Virus record (IMG/VR): IMGVR_UViG_3300014208_000001
Location: 1 to 64,000 of that record
Direction: 5' to 3' (one strand)
From: a virus
Lineage: Duplodnaviria; Heunggongvirae; Uroviricota; Caudoviricetes
Length of the DNA: 64,000 nucleotides
Made by a program: the position numbers and the translations under genes. Below, one piece after another: positions 8,889 to 17,657 of this stretch; position 1 is the first letter of the stretch, and each line of letters begins with the position of its first letter. A model generated the notes under the pieces. It saw nothing but the letters and a program-made list of their open reading frames with translations. It searched no databases and was not told where the DNA came from.

Positions 8889-9067
8889 TGTACATTCCTT
8901 AGATCTGGTGGTACTTCTGACGCATATTTAGGCAAATTCAATAATTCACGCTCCAAATGCTCATTGGTACCGGTGACAATGATGAGTTCAAACACACTCA
9001 CAATCACGATGAGAGCGAGCACCATTATCAAACCAGACACAGCGTAGGATTTGGAGTTCATACTATC

Positions 9068-9095
9068 TTATTGCGAAACCACCATCCCCGGTAAA
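9068..9095 (-). promoter_or_regulatory. promoter-like motif variant
   Basis: TTTACC-N14-CGCAATAA. Confidence 0.6.
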
Positions 9096-9138
9096 ATACC
9101 ACCGATTGGATTCGATTAGTCTAATTAGACTAAGTAAA

Positions 9139-9211
9139 TAGCCCTGAGAGGACTCGAACCTCCAACCTTTCGCTTAGAAGGCGAATGCTCTTCCAGTTGA
9201 GCTACAGGGCC
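9139..9211 (-). tRNA. trnR: tRNA-Arg(UCU)
   Basis: cloverleaf; loop CU-UCU-AA. Confidence 0.93.
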
Positions 9212-9235
9212 AAAACACTGGCTACTCTAATGATT

Positions 9236-9760
9236 TTATTTCAACGCTTTCAACCAATCAGCAATCTCATTCAAACGATCAATGCCACCAAATCGCGCAA
9301 TCATTTCCTTAGCATCAACCAATTCATCTAGTGAAAACCCAGCAGGCTTGGAAGGTGGAAGGAGAGCCGCCTTCTTGGTATCATTTGCCGGAATCGTAGG
9401 TGATACCCGCTTGAGACCATACGCCTCAAGTGGTGCATCGCTATTAAAATTGAACACAGCACCAATACGCGGAATGCCAACAACATCAGGAATATATTCC
9501 TCACCTCCAGTATTACCAATCATCATTCTCCTGATCAACCCCAATTGCACGAATGACTCCAAAGCCTGATCGATACATTGAGGGCTGCACACATTCTTAC
9601 ACCGTTTGGCAATCACCGAACGATTCACAGGATTTTGGTCAACTGTACTAGTGTATGCATCGTAAATCACTTCAAAAATACGCTGACGCGGCTTAGTGAT
9701 CGTGAAATCACCGAGCCGACGAGAATGCTTGTTGCCGTACTTGTGATGTCCACGAGGCAT
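9236..9760 (-). CDS. putative winged-helix DNA-binding protein
   Basis: RQRIFEVI...SVIAKRC...IDQALESFVQLGLIRR pattern. Confidence 0.55.
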   Translation of the reverse strand: MPRGHHKYGNKHSRRLGDFTITKPRQRIFEVIYDAYTSTVDQNPVNRSVIAKRCKNVCSPQCIDQALESFVQLGLIRRMMIGNTGGEEYIPDVVGIPRIGAVFNFNSDAPLEAYGLKRVSPTIPANDTKKAALLPPSKPAGFSLDELVDAKEMIARFGGIDRLNEIADWLKALK

Positions 9761-9947
9761 TTGCTTAATCCTTAAAGTGAAAAAACGTGCTGGCACCTAT
9801 TGCACGCGATACCCGAAAGTAAAACGGCGATAAGTACAATTCCGGTTTCCCCTACCCTTGTGTAAGATTTACCCGGCAACTTGCTAGGACTCAAACCCAG
9901 CTAATACAGTAGCGGTCACTGTGGGTCACTCCCCACCTTCAGCACGA

Positions 9948-10433
9948 TTACCCAAATATACCCCACCATGATTTCTTCTTAACAGGCTGAGGCGCTTTAC
10001 AACACTTAATTAATTTATTAGAAATCCTATTACTCAACTCACTAACAGATATTCCCAATTCAGCAGCACGATCACTGAATATCTTATCAATATCAGCTTG
10101 AACCCTATCGAAATGTTTCTGTTCTGCCTCAGCACGTTCACGGTCATCATCAGCAGCATCACCGAAATGATCAAACCACATCTTAACGGCTTCACTCACC
10201 GTTTTAGACTTAACAATATTCCCATTCTTGTCGAAAGCATTACAACACGCGTCATCGCTCCAAACAATATTCAAATTATACTTCATAACAATTCTAATAG
10301 TATCAAGTGCTTCATCAGAATCCCAATAATCACATGAACTTGGGTCAGATGCTGGAATACCAACGCCAATCTCGCCGTCACTCTCAAGTGGCAAGCGACG
10401 TTCAAACCATTCTCTTGGCAAGTTGAATTCCAT
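9948..10433 (-). CDS. hypothetical protein
   Basis: ORF in minus-strand run. Confidence 0.6.
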   Translation of the reverse strand: MEFNLPREWFERRLPLESDGEIGVGIPASDPSSCDYWDSDEALDTIRIVMKYNLNIVWSDDACCNAFDKNGNIVKSKTVSEAVKMWFDHFGDAADDDRERAEAEQKHFDRVQADIDKIFSDRAAELGISVSELSNRISNKLIKCCKAPQPVKKKSWWGIFG

Positions 10434-10441
10434 TGATTTCC

Positions 10442-10702
10442 CTAAATCTCGCATGAATCAACACACCAATCGCGTGTTTCTTCTGGGTGTTCACTTCTAA
10501 AAAGATTAGCCGCCATGTGCCTGGCGTAATACCAATCTCTAGCTTTCACTTTGTACTCTTTGATCGTCTCTTTAGTAGATCTAGCAATCACAATGCACAA
10601 ATGATTCGCTTCGAGATGCGGCGAAACATTATCGCTAAACATATTACCACTCACAAAAGTAATCTGACCCATCGAATTCACGTTCACTATCGATGGCATC
10701 AT
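10442..10702 (-). CDS. hypothetical protein
   Basis: ORF in minus-strand run. Confidence 0.55.
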   Translation of the reverse strand: MMPSIVNVNSMGQITFVSGNMFSDNVSPHLEANHLCIVIARSTKETIKEYKVKARDWYYARHMAANLFRSEHPEETRDWCVDSCEI

Positions 10703-11051
10703 TCAACTCATTGAGTTTAACCAACCCAGCAGCAGTCAACTTACCATCATTGATTAATCCATCGGCGACAGCAGCTTCAGCAACTGATTTCCATGGGTCG
10801 ATATTCGGATACATTGGTCCACCGTGAGCGTGAAACAGAACCGAATATAGTGATCGCTTATCGCGGATCATTTTCTTTGCTTGTCGCTCCTGCTCCACTT
10901 GTGCTCCATCATTGAAACCGCGAGTGTACCCCTCGCGATCAGCACCCATTCTTTCTTCGGCAACAAGACCAACTACTTGTCGAGCATGCTCCCAAGAAAT
11001 TCCCAATGAAGTTAACTTCTGGGTGAAAGTTTTGTCCCAACAATTAGTCAT
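10644..11051 (-). CDS. hypothetical protein
   Basis: start ATG 11051 overlaps the upstream stop. Confidence 0.6.
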   Translation of the reverse strand: MTNCWDKTFTQKLTSLGISWEHARQVVGLVAEERMGADREGYTRGFNDGAQVEQERQAKKMIRDKRSLYSVLFHAHGGPMYPNIDPWKSVAEAAVADGLINDGKLTAAGLVKLNELNDAIDSEREFDGSDYFCEW

Positions 11052-11229
11052 TTGATGCAAACCCATTCTGACATGACACACTGGCTTTGACACACAATTC
11101 ATTCGGATCATGTCGTGGTGGCGATGGATATCTTCCAGCACATTGTGTACAATAAACAGTATTAGGCAGATACTCCAACCTCTCAGGATGGATTTCAACA
11201 CCGCACGCCAGACATTCTCGCTTATCCAT
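11044..11229 (-). CDS. DksA/TraR-type C4 zinc-finger protein
   Basis: CLACGVEIHPERLEYLPNTVYCTQC; GGAGG RBS; promoter variant 11247-11274. Confidence 0.85.
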   Translation of the reverse strand: MDKRECLACGVEIHPERLEYLPNTVYCTQCAGRYPSPPRHDPNELCVKASVSCQNGFASND

Positions 11230-11278
11230 TATATCACCTCCAAAAATTATTACGAGAATACCAAGCCCGGTAAAATCC

Positions 11279-11806
11279 CTATTCGTCTTTTCCATCGGCA
11301 AATAATATATCATCAGGAAAATTAAATCGCAATAACGCATCACCAATGGTACCAGTACAATAATCAGGATCTAATAGATCATCATTGATAGCGGTAGCAT
11401 CAAGTGCTTCGCTCTCAAATTTAGCAAGTATAGCATTAGCGTATCGATCAGCAGCTTTAGATATTCCATCTTCTACTTTTGATTTGACTAACTGCTGGAA
11501 TGAATAACTTAATTGCTGTCTTACGCAATCATCCATTGCTTTCTTAACCCATGAATATTTAAAATGCTTACGTACTATTTTAGTAACAGTATTATCTAAT
11601 TCTTTTTCGACTTCTCTCATAACGATATTTTTAACACTATTAGCGATATATCCATCACTTAATTTTGGTTTACTCCATGACCGATCAACACCTATAGCAC
11701 CACATATTGCTGATTCCCATATTTTATGGATAGTATGTTCAATGCCGTTTAATTCTTTAGCTATTGCTAATTGTAATCTTTCTTTAAATTGGTCTTTTAA
11801 TGACAT
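11279..11806 (-). CDS. hypothetical protein
   Basis: 175 aa ORF. Confidence 0.65.
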   Translation of the reverse strand: MSLKDQFKERLQLAIAKELNGIEHTIHKIWESAICGAIGVDRSWSKPKLSDGYIANSVKNIVMREVEKELDNTVTKIVRKHFKYSWVKKAMDDCVRQQLSYSFQQLVKSKVEDGISKAADRYANAILAKFESEALDATAINDDLLDPDYCTGTIGDALLRFNFPDDILFADGKDE

Positions 11807-11807
11807 G

Positions 11808-12089
11808 TTACTCTTCTAAGAATTGTTTACTGACTTCAGGCACACATAGAACACACCAATTGCCGCCGTCAATAAATGTGACTTTTTTGCGGTTGCGTTT
11901 GGCTATTTCGCGATATTCGTCGCGTAATTTTGAATATTCTTTATGTGTTAATCCATTTGAATCGATTTGGATGTATTTTCTGCGTATTACTGTTTTTATT
12001 GTGTCTTTGTCTTCTTCGTGTGTGTCGGGTGCTTTGAATCGTTTATCTTTGAGTGCTTCTTGCATGCTGAAATATGTAGGTTTAGACAT
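11808..12089 (-). CDS. hypothetical basic protein
   Basis: GGAAGG RBS. Confidence 0.6.
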   Translation of the reverse strand: MSKPTYFSMQEALKDKRFKAPDTHEEDKDTIKTVIRRKYIQIDSNGLTHKEYSKLRDEYREIAKRNRKKVTFIDGGNWCVLCVPEVSKQFLEE

Positions 12090-12121
12090 AATAACCTTCC
12101 TTGCAAGATTGTGATATTAGG

Positions 12122-12337
12122 TTATTTCTGTTCGGTATTGTTTGGTAAAGTTGCGGAGTCACGTACAGATTTATTCCATATTTTTATACAATTGATTACT
12201 CTTTTGGCCATGCCTGGGGCGTTACTTCTTCCTACTGTGCCGCCATGAGTACTAATATAATCATTAATTACCTCTAATATTGACCTTTCTAATGATCCTC
12301 TTTTGTTCAAGTTCACTTCTTCGTCGATCACTATCAT
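12122..12337 (-). CDS. hypothetical protein
   Basis: AAGGGA RBS. Confidence 0.55.
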   Translation of the reverse strand: MIVIDEEVNLNKRGSLERSILEVINDYISTHGGTVGRSNAPGMAKRVINCIKIWNKSVRDSATLPNNTEQK

Positions 12338-12390
12338 AATCCCTTATTTAAAATGTTGCCCTACCTATATTTATTCACGACATATATACA

Positions 12391-12427
12391 GCAGCACCGA
12401 AGAAGCGTTTGACTTCTTCGGTGCTGC
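12391..12427. terminator. 15-bp hairpin after ORF 12442-12900
   Basis: gcagcaccgaagaag / cttcttcggtgctgc. Confidence 0.7.
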
Positions 12428-12441
12428 TTAGGAGTGTTGCT

Positions 12442-12900
12442 TTACGCGTCGCTTCGCTTGTGGCCGCCCGGATTGCGGAGAGCCATCGTGAACGCCTGGA
12501 TGGGCTTGTCAGCGATGCGAGCGTGCCAGATCCAGTTGGCGAGTTCTTCGCGGGCTTCGTTGTTGAGGTTCAGCACCATGATGATGTAAACCGCCTCGTC
12601 TTCGTTGACACCGCTATCGGCTTCGAAATCGGGGCATTCGAGGGTGCTGACACTCCACGTGCCGCTTTCATCGGCCAGCGGGGTTTCGAGCACGCCGAGA
12701 ATCTGGCTGAACTGCTGGATCACCGAGTGGTCGTCGTCGTTGAACTTCAGATCCAGCAGGTTGTCCCGGAGGTGGTGGACCATTTCTTCGTTCATGTGGA
12801 TGCTGACCACACCTCGGAAGGGCCGTTCCACGTTGAACTTCGGGGAGCGAATCTGCTGAATCTGAGCGGGCAATTGTCGCGTAGCCATGAGAATCTCCAA
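12442..12900 (-). CDS. GC-rich hypothetical protein (probable start at MATRQ)
   Basis: bounded by promoter motif 12964-12991 and hairpin 12391-12427. Confidence 0.7.
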   Translation of the reverse strand: MEILMATRQLPAQIQQIRSPKFNVERPFRGVVSIHMNEEMVHHLRDNLLDLKFNDDDHSVIQQFSQILGVLETPLADESGTWSVSTLECPDFEADSGVNEDEAVYIIMVLNLNNEAREELANWIWHARIADKPIQAFTMALRNPGGHKRSDA

Positions 12901-12963
12901 ACTTTATGCCGCCGAGTTAAAGTATTATGGGTCTTAGTGGCGGCTTCTATTTCCCACATCCCC

Positions 12964-12991
12964 CTATTTCACGGTCTGAGACCCCGGTAAA
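12964..12991 (-). promoter_or_regulatory. conserved phage promoter-like motif
   Basis: TTTACC-N14-TGAAATAG. Confidence 0.75.
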
Positions 12992-13097
12992 TCTGAGGGA
13001 TTAATATTGTGCAAAGTCACGCGTATTTTCTCACCTCCAAGCGATCAATTGTTGACGTAAGACTTGGAATAACCACGTATGAGGGTAGTACGATATC

Positions 13098-13337
13098 ATG
13101 GCGTATCCTGATGAGTTCGATGAACGCGACGACAGAATGGATGATGATCGGCCACGAAAGCAAAGACCAGCAGCTTTCACAATCGACTCAAACATTAATA
13201 TTTCTATACATAGGGATTTAGCATTAGTAATATCCCAATGTATCCTCACGTATGATTGGCGGCAAGATAAGCCAAATACAGCTGCAATAGCATTTGCTAA
13301 GAAATTGCAAGCTGATATCCTCCACGCTGGGTCGTAA
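13098..13337 (+). CDS. hypothetical protein
   Basis: 79 aa ORF followed by a hairpin. Confidence 0.6.
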   Translation: MAYPDEFDERDDRMDDDRPRKQRPAAFTIDSNINISIHRDLALVISQCILTYDWRQDKPNTAAIAFAKKLQADILHAGS

Positions 13338-13359
13338 CACTAATCAGAATTCTATAAAC

Positions 13360-13395
13360 AGCGACACCCACAGTTATTACACTGTGGGTGTCGCT
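13360..13395 (+). terminator. 14-bp hairpin, probable terminator
   Basis: agcgacacccacag / ctgtgggtgtcgct followed by T-rich tract. Confidence 0.7.
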
Positions 13396-13444
13396 TTACT
13401 TTGGGTATTTCTGTTTTTCTGTCGTTCTTTTTCATAATCTTAGG

Positions 13445-13825
13445 CGTTGGGCGGAGTGGTGGGAGGCTAACCACTATTAGCTGTAGGCTCTTTTGTGATC
13501 CTCGACAGCCCCCCACAAAGTCAGACAAACCCCGACGTGAACCAAGCCACACCGATGTGACCTAGCGATTGCCCAAAACGTCTTAGACGGGGCGGTTCAT
13601 TCACGCCGAAGGCTGGCCGAATGCTAGCACTGCATAATAGCAGCAGCATCAATATCCATAGCATTATGGGCGTCCTTTTGGCATGGGATTATAGGTGACC
13701 AACCTCACCATATAGGTATTACGAAATAACATGTCGCGTCGTCAAAGGAATAGAGAAGGGTACCCGTACTGGGCTGCTTGCACATGGCGCTTCTGGGCAG
13801 GGAGCGGCACAACCCGCTCACTAAC
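13445..13825. ncRNA. candidate ~380-nt structured RNA
   Basis: no credible ORF; many short helices; ends can pair. Confidence 0.4.
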
Positions 13826-14029
13826 AATCTCAAACCGATGAAGCACGACACCGACAAGAAACGTCAGCATCGAACCTCCCTCAATCAACATCCACGGTGA
13901 ATCAACCGGCGACCGTCACAGAAACCTTAGAGAGCATTAAACAGGTAAAGCTTACGCATAGCAACCTCCTTTCATTAAATATCGCCAGAAGCCTCAACTC
14001 CCAGCACCACCACCATCATCCACACCCCA

Positions 14030-14057
14030 CTATTTCAAGACCCCCAGACCCCGTAAA
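14030..14057 (-). promoter_or_regulatory. conserved phage promoter-like motif
   Basis: TTTACG-N14-TGAAATAG. Confidence 0.72.
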
Positions 14058-14064
14058 GTCAAGG

Positions 14065-14352
14065 CTAATCGTTCAGGACATGAGCCTCAGAAGACCCATT
14101 AACGTACACAGCATGCGCCAAAGTGTACGTAACACCATCAATAACCACCTCACTCGGGAAATGTCCAGGAGGTAACCCCAACTCCGACGCCTCACGAATC
14201 ATCGGATCATCACCCATATCACAACACTCCTCACAAAGAATGACACCACCAACTGTCACAGTGTTCACACCACCACTAACAGGCTGATTACAACCAGCAC
14301 AAGTGGCAGACAAATCACGCTCATCAAGCAAAACAGCCAACATCACCATCAA
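14065..14352 (-). CDS. small zinc-finger protein
   Basis: CAGC...CEEC. Confidence 0.6.
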   Translation of the reverse strand: MMVMLAVLLDERDLSATCAGCNQPVSGGVNTVTVGGVILCEECCDMGDDPMIREASELGLPPGHFPSEVVIDGVTYTLAHAVYVNGSSEAHVLND

Positions 14353-14660
14353 ACCCCTTCATTAGCAATATCCGTAAGCTGCCGAGCATACTTCAACATC
14401 TTATACCGAGCGACCGCCACTTGCTTCTCGCTCAATGGGCACTTCGGACGACCAGAATTCCTCAAAATCTGCCGAGCAAAACTGCTCAAAATCCCAGCAT
14501 CGGCACTATTGAAACCGATACCATTGTGCTCGTGCGTATTCCCATCCTGCTTCTCGCTATTCGTCTGCCGGTTGTAAATAGCAACCACACCACGACAAAC
14601 AGCTCGATCATTCTTCTGCAGCAAATCAACAATATCAATCTGACGCCACTTGCGAGCCAT
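14349..14660 (-). CDS. phage hypothetical protein
   Basis: AIYNRQT...NGIGFNSADA motif recalled from phage proteins; GGAG RBS; promoter 14693-14720. Confidence 0.7.
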   Translation of the reverse strand: MARKWRQIDIVDLLQKNDRAVCRGVVAIYNRQTNSEKQDGNTHEHNGIGFNSADAGILSSFARQILRNSGRPKCPLSEKQVAVARYKMLKYARQLTDIANEGV

Positions 14661-14692
14661 AATCAATCTCCATAAGAGTCTCGATACCCCCC

Positions 14693-14720
14693 CTATTTCA
14701 GCCCCCCATCAGCCGGTAAA
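14693..14720 (-). promoter_or_regulatory. conserved phage promoter-like motif
   Basis: TTTACC-N14-TGAAATAG. Confidence 0.75.
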
Positions 14721-15119
14721 TTAACGATACCCGATAGACTTACTATTACAATATGATAAAATATCGCTCGCATTATAATCGGCAAAGTCAATAACACACA
14801 GTCGCCAATCAGCATACAGCCTACGTTTAAAAGTGATATTATTACTAATAATAGCGTATAATTCATTACCGCGAAAGGTAATGTGAATATTGATACAAGA
14901 ACCATTTTCTACACTAGTAAGAGCATAAATATCACTATTTAAAACACTACGAAAATCATCAATAATAAGTGAAAATAATTCACTTACTCTCTTAATAGGA
15001 ATTAATTCGCCAGTATTATACATTATCCTCTTATGACTTCTACCAGTAACATCATATAAATACGTATCATTTTCATATTTAGCTTCATAAACTTTATTAC
15101 CTTCTATAAGGTACATCAT
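14721..15119 (-). CDS. expanded paralogue family member
   Basis: SELFSLIIDDF ... IDFADY. Confidence 0.7.
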   Translation of the reverse strand: MMYLIEGNKVYEAKYENDTYLYDVTGRSHKRIMYNTGELIPIKRVSELFSLIIDDFRSVLNSDIYALTSVENGSCINIHITFRGNELYAIISNNITFKRRLYADWRLCVIDFADYNASDILSYCNSKSIGYR

Positions 15120-15400
15120 AACGACGCTAAAATAGCTAATTTATCAGTGTGAGTTTTCAATTTCTTTTGATGATCAGCTATTAACGCGTCAAAATCATTA
15201 AGATGCCACACTTCATGTTTATAGATAGAATCATTAATGAATTTGACTTCTGCAACTAACATTTGACCTATGTGTTGATTGTTTTCTACAGACACTGATA
15301 TGATTTTGCCTGGGATATTTGGTTTAAATGGTAAGTATACGTTCTTACCAATTAATTGGTCTTTATCTTTGAATTTTGGTATTCTGACGCTAGTTGCCAT
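15116..15400 (-). CDS. hypothetical protein
   Basis: ORF with ATGA overlap. Confidence 0.6.
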   Translation of the reverse strand: MATSVRIPKFKDKDQLIGKNVYLPFKPNIPGKIISVSVENNQHIGQMLVAEVKFINDSIYKHEVWHLNDFDALIADHQKKLKTHTDKLAILASL

Positions 15401-15780
15401 AGTGTTCGTATACTCTCGTACGGGGGTGGTCGATTTCCAGCTTGGAAAGGCTAAGGTCGATTCGTTGGGTTCGCCTTGTGGGGCTTTCCTTTGTCGTTCT
15501 TTGGGTTCTGGGTTCGGGTCCGGGTTCTGGGCTGGGACTGGCTACGAGGCCGGCTTGGCGTTTTCTGAGGGCTACAAATTGGTAGTCCTAGAATTGTATC
15601 GATTATTTGTTGGTATGTGAATGAGTTCATGGTGTCTTTGAAGCGGTCTATTTCTTTTGAATCCCATTTACCTGTTTTGCTTTGTGCTACGAATTGGTCA
15701 ATTATTATTTTCTTTTTCATTTGTAATGGTAATGGTAATGTTATTATTTCTTTGTAGTTCACTTGTTTCTTCCTTGTGGT

Positions 15781-15862
15781 GATCGATCTCCTTATCGAAT
15801 ATAAAAGAAGGAACACAGCACTTTCGCACTGTGTTCCTCATCCGTGTCGAGGATCATCGATC
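15781..15862. terminator. long imperfect hairpin after ORF 15867-16199
   Basis: inner aggaacacag/ctgtgttcct; outer gatcgat/atcgatc. Confidence 0.55.
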
Positions 15863-15866
15863 GGTA

Positions 15867-16199
15867 TTAGCCGATCTGAGCACGCAGGGCGTTCTCGAGG
15901 GCCGTCAGGCGGACGAACGTAGCGGGGGCGGTCTTGCCGTCTTCCATCACGTAGTTGGCCATCACTTCACCTTCGGTGAGGACAGGAGCCTCACCATGCG
16001 GCTTCAGGTTGGCCTTGAAGCTGTAGAGGCCGGGACCGCCGTCCACAACCCAGAGGCCCTTCAGCGTGTTCTTGCTGACGCCGGCGTCTTCGGAAATCGC
16101 GAACCGTTCGGCGGTGTGCGTCACTTCCAGAACGGGCTTCGCGGCCTTGACCTTCTTCGCAGGAGCAGTCGCTGTCTCAGTCATTGTCGTCACCTTCAC
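15867..16199 (-). CDS. GC-rich hypothetical protein
   Basis: own promoter motif 16283-16310 and downstream hairpin. Confidence 0.7.
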   Translation of the reverse strand: MKVTTMTETATAPAKKVKAAKPVLEVTHTAERFAISEDAGVSKNTLKGLWVVDGGPGLYSFKANLKPHGEAPVLTEGEVMANYVMEDGKTAPATFVRLTALENALRAQIG

Positions 16200-16282
16200 T
16201 CAAAAAGAGTCCCAAAACTCACCACCAAACCCACCATAAGTCGGGCGGCAAAAACCGGGGGGATCATTCCCCCTACATCCAC

Positions 16283-16310
16283 ATGTTTCAAAAACCCCAG
16301 ACCCCGTAAA
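16283..16310 (-). promoter_or_regulatory. promoter-like motif
   Basis: TTTACG-N14-TGAAACAT. Confidence 0.65.
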
Positions 16311-16365
16311 ATCCGACCCGAGGAAGGCCAACCGAAATCAGCCAACCTCGGAGCGGACCCACCAC

Positions 16366-17580
16366 TCAATTCTTTACATCACCAACCGCATCCTGCGTCG
16401 CCTTACCCAAATTGCGAGCAGACCAGAACTGGTCAAACTCCTTATAACGACTCATCGACCCCTCCATGTCATACTCAGTACCAAGCAACGCACCATTCAA
16501 CTCATGCATCGCATCATGGCCATTCACCAAATGATGCGACGCAACCTCACCAGCAAACAGCAGCAAATTGAACACCGAACACTTCACCGGCAAACCACGC
16601 CGCCGCTTCTCAGTCAACGCGTCCAAATTGGCAAACCCATACTGCTCCTGGATATTCCCAGTCATCTTATGGAATGCCTGAATCAGGAAATTACCACGTT
16701 GAGTAGGAGCAGTCTCATCCATGTTCATATGAGCACTCATCGGAAGATTCGCACTGATCACCGATCGGCCAGCAGATGCCCCTTGCAGAGGCTCATACTT
16801 GGTAAATCCGTAACTGATAGCCTTGTGCAAAACAGTGTGCAACCGATACGCTTCGTGGATCGAGCACCACGAATTCGCCGCTGACTCCAACCGATCACGG
16901 AACGCAGCGTACCCCTCATCATGATTGAAACTCTCCAACGCACGACCCAACGTCGTCGCCAAATCATCCCCACCCTTGCCGAGCTTCACATCACTGCGAA
17001 ACACCTTCGATTTGGGAACGATATTGGAATTCGTCGCCTTGTGATTCACAGCCAGTGTCACAAATGGATTGCCATAACCATCCACGGGCACCGACATCGT
17101 GAACTTGTTCGTGAACTCATCACCAGCGATCTCGAACGTCGGAGTGACGAACGGAGCATGTGTGCTCGTGATCACACCGTCATTGTAGACGATACCTTCA
17201 CTGCCGTACTTCTCCATCAAATCCATAACAATCGATCCATCCGCTGCACCCTTCGTCGGGTTGCTAGCAGCCAGTAATCGTGCGGGGCCACTCGCATACC
17301 GAGCGATGCACACCCGAACGCGATCATTGGACTCCACCTGCTGGATTCTCTCCAGCACTTCAGCGGTGGTGAAATATTTGAAGAACGCCGCATTGAACCC
17401 GAAGCGAGCCATCAAGCTCACCATAAATCGGCCACTATCCGGGAATTCCTCATCGCCGACAGTGATCTTCTCGATCACCCGCTTGCCGCTCTGCTCCAAT
17501 CGTTGCTCGATTGCAACTGAATCCAAACTGATAGTCTGGTATTCGAAAGTGACATCACGCCGAAGGTCAGACACTTGCAT
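16366..17580 (-). CDS. 404 aa hypothetical protein, possibly distant DUF932-like
   Basis: AGGAG RBS; promoter 17620-17647; family call is only a weak pattern resemblance. Confidence 0.75.
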   Translation of the reverse strand: MQVSDLRRDVTFEYQTISLDSVAIEQRLEQSGKRVIEKITVGDEEFPDSGRFMVSLMARFGFNAAFFKYFTTAEVLERIQQVESNDRVRVCIARYASGPARLLAASNPTKGAADGSIVMDLMEKYGSEGIVYNDGVITSTHAPFVTPTFEIAGDEFTNKFTMSVPVDGYGNPFVTLAVNHKATNSNIVPKSKVFRSDVKLGKGGDDLATTLGRALESFNHDEGYAAFRDRLESAANSWCSIHEAYRLHTVLHKAISYGFTKYEPLQGASAGRSVISANLPMSAHMNMDETAPTQRGNFLIQAFHKMTGNIQEQYGFANLDALTEKRRRGLPVKCSVFNLLLFAGEVASHHLVNGHDAMHELNGALLGTEYDMEGSMSRYKEFDQFWSARNLGKATQDAVGDVKN

Positions 17581-17619
17581 TTCGAAAACTCCTGAGAATC
17601 CTGTGTGAAACCCAACCCA

Positions 17620-17647
17620 CTATTTCCGGGAGACCCATCCCGGTAAA
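17620..17647 (-). promoter_or_regulatory. conserved phage promoter-like motif
   Basis: TTTACC-N14-GGAAATAG. Confidence 0.72.
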
Positions 17648-17657
17648 TCAGGGGGAT

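Noticed and set aside
13445-13825. RNase P RNA or self-splicing intron
   Set aside because: I could not find the GAGGAAAGUCC / AACAGAA..CGGCUUA signatures or intron boundary motifs, and no gene is interrupted
15451-15816. 121 aa minus-strand ORF
   Set aside because: The listed start lies inside a hairpin and the C-terminus is low-complexity; a shorter gene may exist but cannot be supported
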